In this document: positions 18,525 to 27,900 of the stretch, piece by piece
How the letters are laid out: the number at the start of each line of letters is the position of its first letter
Numbering within the stretch: position 1 is the first letter of the stretch
Source of the DNA: an uncultured Clostridia bacterium
GTDB lineage: Bacteria; Bacillota; Clostridia; Christensenellales; Borkfalkiaceae
Length of the DNA stretch: 64,000 nt
NCBI GenBank assembly: GCA_944376295.1
Contig: CALWCE010000003.1
Span: forward strand, 10,723-74,722
Direction of reading: 5' to 3'
Position numbers and translations under genes: made by a program
The notes under the pieces: generated by a model
The model's database searches: none
What the model saw: only the letters and a program-made list of their open reading frames with translations
Told to the model about the DNA's origin: nothing

Positions 18525-18978
18525 CTATTCTTCCGGGCTTTCGCTCAACCGCCGCGCCCTGCAAGGTTGGCTGAAATGCAAGAATATGCGTATGGGGAGG
18601 CTGGCAAAGCTGCTGAAAATTCCTTCCCGCAAACTGCGATGGAAATTATACAAGCACAAAACATTCGGCAAAAAGGAGATCACGACACTCATCTACTTTA
18701 TGGGCGCACGGCAGGCGCTCAGGGTGTTGTGGTTTCCGACATTGGAAGAAAAACGACGGATAAGAGAGATAGCGGAGGGAAGAAACATGAGCAACAAATT
18801 CAATCCGGATATCCCGTGCGGACGGGAATTGCCGGGAGAGAGAAGAAGCCGCAAGATAGAAGAAGAGTTTTGCGACGCCTATGATAATTGGGAAGAGAGT
18901 GGTGCGTTGGAGGACATGATGCTGTATTCGGACGAGCTTCCGAGCCGCAGAATGTTCGGGAGGCGCGGCAATGGCTGA
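18478..18978 (+). CDS. HTH-domain protein
   Basis: A GAGGAGG RBS lies 9 nt before the ATG at 18478. MRMGRLAKLLKIPSRKLRWKLYKHKTFGKKEITTLIYFMG is HTH-like. The gene overlaps both neighbours, consistent with translational coupling. Confidence 0.4.
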   Translation: MASKASISKSAMPCIDYSSGLSLNRRALQGWLKCKNMRMGRLAKLLKIPSRKLRWKLYKHKTFGKKEITTLIYFMGARQALRVLWFPTLEEKRRIREIAEGRNMSNKFNPDIPCGRELPGERRSRKIEEEFCDAYDNWEESGALEDMMLYSDELPSRRMFGRRGNG

Positions 18979-21900
18979 ACACAGACTTTCGGAACGCAAC
19001 GCGAAGATCGCGGCGATGCTCGAAAGCGGAGAGGGATTAAAAAACTTTTACCGTTTCATCGCACAGAATGAGTACATCAATCTGCACGATGCCTGTCAGA
19101 TCGTTGTAGAGCGCCCCAATGTCACCGTCTGCAATACGATGGAAGAATGGAACGCAATGGGCAGGCGGGTCATCAAAGGCAGAAAGAGCATCGCCTATTA
19201 CGATCATGACGGCTACAAACAATTCGTGTTCGATGCGAACGATACATACGGGGACGGGCGATATCAGCGCCCCATCCTTCCGCTCAAACACCTTCTCATC
19301 GGTTTGGACGAGCTGAACGGCACGAACGCTTATGAGGAGAACGGACGGAGCGACTATCGGAAGATCCACAACGGCGTATATACCTATCTGGAAAAGCAGA
19401 ACGAGCTTACGGGCGACGAACAGTACGACCGTCTGCTCGCGGAGGGGATCGCGTATTCGCTCTATTGCAAGACGGGCTTTCCGAAAACGCAGAACATCCG
19501 TCTGCACGAGCTGCCGTATTCGTACAGGGAAAACGCCGCGTTCGTCAAGGAACTGTATATCCGCTCGGAGCTTTTAGCGGAAGAGATCGAGGAAGCCTAT
19601 CAGAGCAAGCAGTCGGAAGTCGAAGTCATAATTGATATTGATGAAGAAACGGTATCGGACGAGCCTATTGTCCAAAGCGAACCCGCTGAACAGACGGAAA
19701 CGCGGGAGCAGCCCGAACAGGGCGTTGAAACGGCGGACGAGATACGCGCTTCCGAACAGGAGGGCGAAAATCTTGCGCCCGAACAGGATGCAGCGGTCAG
19801 TCCTGTATATCGTCAATATCTGGAAGCGCAGAAACGCGACCCAAAAGCGATCGTACTACTCCGCGTCGGTGACTTTTACGAGGTGATGGGCGAGAACGCG
19901 CGGATAGTTGCGGAAGAGGTCGGGCTCTCGCTTACGAGCCGCGACGTCGGGCTCTCGGAGCGCGTTCCCATGTGCGGCTTTCCGTACTTTGCATCGGATG
20001 CGTACATTGAAAAGATCCTCGAAAAGCACGGCGTGATCCTTGCGGAGGACGGCAAAGAGCCGCGCTACGTTCTATCTCACGCGGAAGCTCTCGAACAGAG
20101 GGAAAAGGAAGAAACCGCGCACGGCGAAGAAGCGGAAGAACTTGCCGAGCTTTTCGGGGAGGAAGCCGAACAGACCTCTTCGCCCGTCAGAAAGCCCATC
20201 CTTGTAGAGATCGACGACGAACCGAACCCCTTTGACGATGGACAATCGGAAGAGGAGAAAACGGAAGAGGATGATTTCGCGGATGACGAAGCCGATTTTG
20301 AGGATGAACCCGAACAGGAAGAAACCGAAACGGCTCCCGCGCCGAAGAAGGACGAGAAGGGGATACAGGACAGAAAGCGCAAACAAAAGCCGCAGATGTC
20401 CATGTTCGACCTGATCGAGCCGAAGTCTGAACGTGAGCAACTCATCGAACGGGCGCTGCAATACGGCAGCGGCTTTGAAAACGGGAAATACCGTATCTTT
20501 GACAAGTACAACGAAAACCCGACGCCCAAAGCGTTCACGGACTTTGTAAAGCACGAATACGGCATCGGCGGGCATGGGAGTACGAACGGCGACGACGAAT
20601 GGCACGACGGCAAGGGTATCCGTATTTCGCATGACGGTACAGACGGTAAGCTCGAAGTGCTTTTGAAGTGGCAAGATGTAGCCTTTCGGATCGCCGACCT
20701 CATCGACGACGATAACTACCTCACCGAACAGGAAAAGGCAGAGTATGTCAAATACCGTGCCGAGCAGAACAGGAAAAAGGAACTCCGTGCGGAGGAGGAA
20801 CGGCAGAAACGCGAGCTGATCGAACAGGTCATCGTGAAGGAGCCGCCCGCCCGCAAGCAGAGGATCTTGGACGAGTATTCTAAAATGTCCAAGGTCGTGG
20901 ATTTTGCCGTATTCCTGTGCGACGATTACGGCACGGCGACGGAAGCGACGAGCCAATACCATGCGCGTTACGATAAAAACGGCGTTTGGATGGCAAAGTA
21001 CGATCGTGTCGGCAACACCGAACTTCGCGTCTATCTTTCGTGGGAACAGTTTGCGGAGAAGGTCTGCGGCGTCATCGAAAGGGAGCGCCTGTTTGCACCG
21101 GAAGAAGCGGTATACAACCAAAGTTTTGCCGACCGTATGGTGGAACTTGGTACACAAAATACGACAGACGGGACATATTCATTCTATTTCGGAACGTTTG
21201 AAAAGGACGAGGGCTATGTCCGCGCGCATTGCGAGGAGATCAAGGAAGTGCTGCTTTCGCGTGAAGAAGTCAAAACGGTCGGCAGCGACGAGTGGTATAT
21301 CCGCGCGGAATTTTATAAGGAATACTGCGAGAAGCTGAAAGGCACGGAAGAGGCGCGGCGGGAACACGATGCGCGCATCGAAGCCATCGCGGCGCGGATC
21401 GTGGAAGAGGGTACGAAGAACACGACCGAGGGGAACTGGGTCACCTTTTTCGACGAGTTCGGCGAGGACGAAACGTTTGCAAGGGAGCACGCGGAAAAGA
21501 TCGCGGCGGAGCTGGAACGGCATCAGGAAGTATCGGACGTAGAGCTTACGCCGGACGCTTTCGATACAAACTTTTATCTCGACTACTGCCCGAACTATCT
21601 TCCCCAAGAGGGAGAGGACGGGTACGAGGAAAGCGAGCCGTCCAATTCCGAACAGGGCGAAAACACCGACCTTACAGCTATTCTCGACCAAACCGATCTC
21701 GGCGGCGCAAAGACGCGGTTCAAAAATAACGTCGCGGCGATCAGGCTTATCAACTTTTTGGATGAGCGCAATGCCGCGGCTACCGATACGGAAAAGAAAG
21801 TGCTTTCGCAGTTTGTCGGCTGGGGCGGACTTTCGCAGGCGTTTGATGAGAAAAACGAGAGCTGGAAAAAGGAATACGCGGAACTCAAAACTCTGCTTTC

Positions 21901-24900
21901 CGCGGAGGACTATGAACAGGCGCGGTCAAGTACCTTAAACGCCTACTATACCCCGAAGGAAGTCATCGGCGGCGTTTATGCTGCGCTTCAAAGGTTTGGT
22001 GTCAAAGCCAACAACCGCATTTTAGAGCCTGCAATGGGTACGGGCAACTTTTTCGGCTATATGCCGAAAGAGATCGCCGAAGGCAGCCGTCTGTACGGCG
22101 TGGAGCTTGACAACATCACGGGCAGGATCGCGGCGAAACTATACCCACAAGCAAGCGTACAGATAAAAGGCTTTGAGGATACGAGCTTTCCCGACGACAA
22201 GTTCGATCTTGTCGTCGGCAACGTGCCGTTCGGCGGATACGGCGTCGCGGACAGCGACTATAACCGCTATAACTTCAAGGTGCATGACTACTTTCTTGCC
22301 AAGAGCGTGGATAAGGTCAGACCGGGCGGCATCGTCGCCGTCATCACCTCGAAAGGCACGATGGACAAGCTCAATCCTTCTGCAAGAAAGTACGTTGCGG
22401 AGCGCGCGGAACTTTTGGGCGCGGTCAGGCTTCCCAACAACGCGTTCAAACAGACGGCAGGCACGGAGGCTGTCGCGGACATCCTGTTTTTCCGCAAGCG
22501 CGAGGAAAGGATAACTGATCTATCCCGCGAGGAATGGCTCGGCACAGGCAAGACAGAAGAAGGGTACGAGATCAACAATTACTTTCTCGCTCATCCCGAA
22601 ATGATCCTCGGCACTTTGGCGGAGGAACACGGCTTATACGGCGGCATCGACACGACGGTCAAGCCGGACGGCAGGGACTTAAAAGACGCCCTCGCCGAAG
22701 CGATACTACATCTGCCGCAGGGGTTTTATAACAATCCCGAAACGCCGCCCGAACAGGAGCGGGAAACGGAGGTCGATTACAACGTCAAGCCCTTCTGCTA
22801 TAAGGCGGAGCGGGGGAAGTTGTATCAGCGCGTGGGCGACGAGATGGTCGAACAGTCTATCCCCAAGACCCCGAAGGACGCATATCAAAGAATTTGCGGA
22901 ATGATAGGGCTGCGCGAAAGCCTGCACCATATCCTCGATATTCAAATCGCAGGCTGCTCGGACGAGGTGCTCAAAAGCGAACAGCAAAAGCTCAACAGCA
23001 GGTATGACTTGTTCGTAAAGAAGTACGGCAATCTCAACAGCCAGACAAACAGCAAGCTCTTCAAGGACGACGGTGACAGCGCGCTTTTATTTGCTTGTGA
23101 GGACGTTGACGAGCAGACCAAGACGGTCACAAAAGCGGGCGTGTTCTATATACGCACCATTCGCCCGTATGTCGTCCCCACTTCTACGGATGACCCGTTC
23201 GAGGCGTTGCAGATCAGTAAGAACGAGCGAGGGAGAGTCGATATTGCCTATATCGAGGAACTTACGGGAAAGAGTTATGATACCGTCCTTTCCGAACTTG
23301 GAAACGCCGTATTCCGCGACCCCGAACAGGTGAACGCGGAAGATCAATATTCGGGCTTTGTCACTTCGGAGGAATACCTTTCGGGGCAGGTCGTCACCAA
23401 ACTCGAACGGGCAAAGGCGCTTGCAGCGGAGCATCCCGAATACCCAAAGAACGTGGCGGCGTTGGAAGCGGTGCAGCCCGAACCGCTTTCGGCGAGCGAG
23501 ATCGCCGTCCGCCTCGGCGCAACGTGGGTGGATAAGGCGTACTATAAGCAGTTTTACTGCGAGCTTGTGGGGGTGCGCTGGTATCAGGAGAGCGATGTGG
23601 ATCTGTTCTATAACCCACACGATTCAAGTTGGCGGATAGACCAGACGCCGAACGTGCGCTATACCACGCAGATGAACCAGACGGAGGTGTACGGCACCAA
23701 ACGCGCGCCTGCATACAGACTGTTCATCGACGCGGTGAACTTAAAAGCCACGACCATCTACGATACCATCGAAGAGGACGGCAGGGAAAAGCGGGTACTC
23801 AATCAGGCGGAAACGATCGCAGCGCGTGAAAAGCAGAACAAGATCAAAGAAGCGTTCGCGGAATGGATCTTCAAAGACCCCGAGCGCAGGGAAGAATTGG
23901 AGGCGACGTACAACAGGCTGTTCAATCGGACACGGCTTCCGAGCTATGACGGCTCATACCTCAAATTCCCCGAAATGAACCCCGCGATAGAGCTGAAACC
24001 GCACCAAAGGAACGCGGTACACAGAATTATAACTTCGCCGTCAAGCACGCTACTTCATCACGTTGTGGGCGCGGGCAAGACGTTCACGGTCATTGCTTCC
24101 ATCATGAAAATGCGGCAGTTGGGGCTTTGCAAAAAGGCGATGGTGACTGTTCCCAATCACCTTGTGCAGCAATGGGCGGGCGAGTGGAGAAAACTCTATC
24201 CGAACGCAAACATTCTCGTCGCGTCCAAAGAGGATTTGGAAAAGGACAATCGCAAGAAGTTCGTCAGTAAAGTTGCTCTGGGCGACTGGGACGGTGTTAT
24301 CATCGCACAATCGAGCTTTGCCAAAATTCCCATCTCGCAGGAGCGGCAGATCGGAAAGCTGCAAGAAGAGATCGCGAGCGTGGAGGAAACCATAGAAAGG
24401 CAATGGGAAGAGAGCGGCGCGCCGCGCGGTGCGGTCAAGAATCTGGAGCGCATCAAAAAGACAAAGCTGGCGCAGCTCAAGAAGCTGATGTCAGACTCAG
24501 GCAAAGACGACGTATTGAAGTTCGAGGACTTGGGAGTCGATTACTTATTCGTGGACGAAGCGCAGAACTTCAAGAACCTCTTTCTGTTTTCGAAGATGAA
24601 CAACGTTGCAGGCATCTCCAACGCCGCAAGCCAACGGGCAAGCGATCTCAAACTCAAATGCGAGTATTTACAGGAACTGCACGGAAGCAATCGCGGTGTG
24701 GTGTTTGCGACGGGTACGCCTATCTCCAATTCCATGACGGAGATGTACACGATGCAGACGTACTTGCAGCCGTCCGTCTTGCGGGATCTGGGCATTACCT
24801 TTTTCGACGGTTGGGCGGCAGACTTCGGCGAAACTGTGACCGCAATGGAACTTTCGCCGAGCGGTCAGGGATACAGAGCGCGGACGAGATTCGCAAAGTT

Positions 24901-27900
24901 TACCAACCTTCCCGAACTTCTGAAATTGTATCGCTCGTTCGCCGACGTGCAGACGGCGGATATGGTCAAATTAAATGTCCCCGAAGCGGAGCGGCACGTC
25001 ATCAATCTGAAACCTTCGGATACCATTATCGAGCTTGCGGAGGAGATCGCCGACCGTGCGGACAGGATATACGGCGGTGGGGTGGACAGCCATATCGACA
25101 ATATGCTCAAAGTGACCTCGGACGGGAAAAAGCTCGCGCTCGATCCGCGATGCTATTTGCCGACCTCTGAGGACGATGCGGGGAGCAAACTCAACGCCTG
25201 CGCGCAAAACATTTTCGAGATATGGGGAGATACGCAAGACATTCGTGGAACGCAGATCGTGTTTTGCGATTTATCCACGCCGAAGGTGCGGTTTGACGAA
25301 TATAAGTACGGCACGGACTTCGACGCATACAACGACTTAAAGTACAAGCTCGTGCAAAAGGGCATCCCCGCGCAGGAGATCGCCTTTATCCATGAAGCAA
25401 ACACGGACGAGCAGAAACAGGCGCTCTTCGATAAGGTCAATGCGGGCGCGGTGCGGGTGCTTGTCGGCAGCACGGAAAAGTGCGGCGCGGGAACGAACGT
25501 ACAGAAACGGCTCGTGGCATTGCACCATTTGGATACGCCGTACCGCCCCAGCGACATGGAGCAGCGGGAAGGGCGCATTATCCGTCAAGGGAACACCAAT
25601 GAAAAAGTACAGATTTATACCTACGTCATGGAGCGCACGTTCGACAGTTATTCCTACCAGATTTTGGAGAATAAACAGCGGTTTATCTCGCAGATCAACA
25701 GGGGTGACTTGACAATCAGAGAAGCAGAGGACATCGACGAAACGACTTTGAGCTATGCGGAAATTAAGGCTATTACGGCGGCGAACCCGAAGATAAAGCG
25801 GAAAATGGAAGTGGATGCGGAAGTTGCGCGGCTGCGTGTTCTCGAAGGGCAGTACCGCAAGAACTTATACGACTTGCAGGACAAGATCTATAAGACGTAT
25901 CCCGAAGAGATACGCAAGCAGGAGCTGCTTATTGAACGCATCGGAAAAGATTTGGAAATGCTCAAAACGCGCCGCCCCGCCGATCCCGAAGCGTTTGAAA
26001 TCGGCGTAAACGGAAAAGTTTACTTGGGGCGTAAAGAGGGCGGAAAAGCCCTTATGGACGCGCTGTACGGGGGCAAGGTGGGAACGCCCGTGGCGGAGTA
26101 TTGCGGTTTCAAGATCGGTATGAACCCCATGAGCTTTCTCGCAACGGAGCGGGAGATCACGCTTGCGGGCGAGGGGCAGTACGTCATCACCATCGGTGAC
26201 AGCGCGAGCGGCAATCTGACGAGGTTGGATAACTTTCTGAATGACCTTCCCGAGCGCGAAAAGAGGCTGAAAAGCAAGTTGGAACAGTTGAAAAGCGATC
26301 TTGTCATTGCCAAAGAACAGGCGGGAAAGCCGTTCGAGCAGGCGGAACGGTTAAAGGAGCTCTTATCCGAGCAGGCGCAGCTCAATGCCGAACTGAACCT
26401 CAACAAGCGCGAAGAGGCGATCGTGGACGACGGCGACGAAGAAGAGGAAGATGAAACAGCGTACAGGGCATTGCCCGATATGCAAAGACAAAACAGGGAG
26501 GTGAACATCATAGACGAAGAGGATAAAGTTGCGGCGATGCAGGTGGACTTGCTGCCAGATTACACCGTAACGCAGGCGGATATGCACGCCTACGGCTACA
26601 CATGGGACGGGATGCTGCCCGTCGGCAGGCGCACGGCGTACAGGCTTTGGGCAATGGGACTGGGCGTACATAAACTTGCCCCGGACGATACGGATATGCC
26701 CATAGAACAATATGGCGATCTTAACCCGCATGAGCGGGTGTACTACGGCATCGAAAAGCCGGTATGGATCAATTATCTGAAAGACGAAAAATCTCTGCCG
26801 TATCTTTACGCAAGGAAGGTATTTTGCGATGCGGCGAGCAAGGTCGCAAACGAGGATATGTCCTCTGTGGACGAACGGTTTACGATAGACTTTATCGAAA
26901 CCAATTTCAAAGAGCGCACGGCGCTTGAACGGCATCTTGCAAATAAAGAAAGACCCGATCCAAACGTGCTGCCCGGGTATGTGCCGGAATTGTTGGATGA
27001 GTTTTCGGCGCGGATGTGGAGCGACGTGCTGCACGAATATGGCTGGACGGAAAGCGATGTGCCGCGGGCGATCGCGGAGCATCTCGAAGAGCCTGCCTTG
27101 CAGAAAGCGGCAAATCAATTTTTGTCGCGTGAAACGGAGAAGGAGGACGGCTCGCCGCTCTACGAAGAGAATAGCGGCATGACGAACTCTGTCAAGGAGA
27201 TCGACTACGAAGCAGAAGTCATTAAGTCCGTCAATACCGAGTTTGAGGTGTATAAGACAGACGTATTATCCCATTCGCCCGAAGATATTTTCTATGAGAA
27301 CTATAAAATTCACGTCATGACCGAAATCAAAGAGGTGATCGAAGAGGGCGTACAAGAGGGGTATCTGGAGAAGGAGCACTACAAGGCGCTCTATGAGGAG
27401 CGCGGCAGTATTCTTACGGCACTTTACGATGATTTCATCGGCGATGAGTATGCAAGCGTCAACAATTACGGCGAAACGGCAGAGTTCATCAAGAACTACT
27501 GCGAGCGGTATCACCTCAGCGCAATGGTCGAACACGAAAAGCAACCAAAAAAGGAGGAAGAAGATTTGGCGGAGAGCAAATATCTCAAAGAAACGGCGCG
27601 GGGCTACAAGGTCGTGAGTATCGCGCAGGACAAGAACGGCAGGAACGTCGCGGTCGTGCAGCGGAAGAACGATTTTACCGTTGCCGTCGGCTACGACACG
27701 TCGGACGGAACGTGGGCGCAGGGCGTGTATGACTTCAAGAATGAAGCGGCGGCGAATGAGTACCGCGAAAAATATTACGGGAAAGACGTCGAGCCGCCCG
27801 AAAAGTGGTACGAGGTGTTTGTGTCGCGTGACGCACTTATCAAAACGTATGAAAAATTCTCGCTCATGCGGATGCCGTCTGCAAACCGCGAATACGCGGA

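Noticed and set aside
20072-21157. Long antisense and out-of-frame ORFs inside the giant gene (also 26363-27118, 27266-28672, 28769-29818 and others)
   Set aside because: These are typical shadow ORFs of a GC-rich, purine-skewed coding strand. They lack RBSs, have R/F/L-rich nonsense composition, and are fully nested in a gene with clear motifs.
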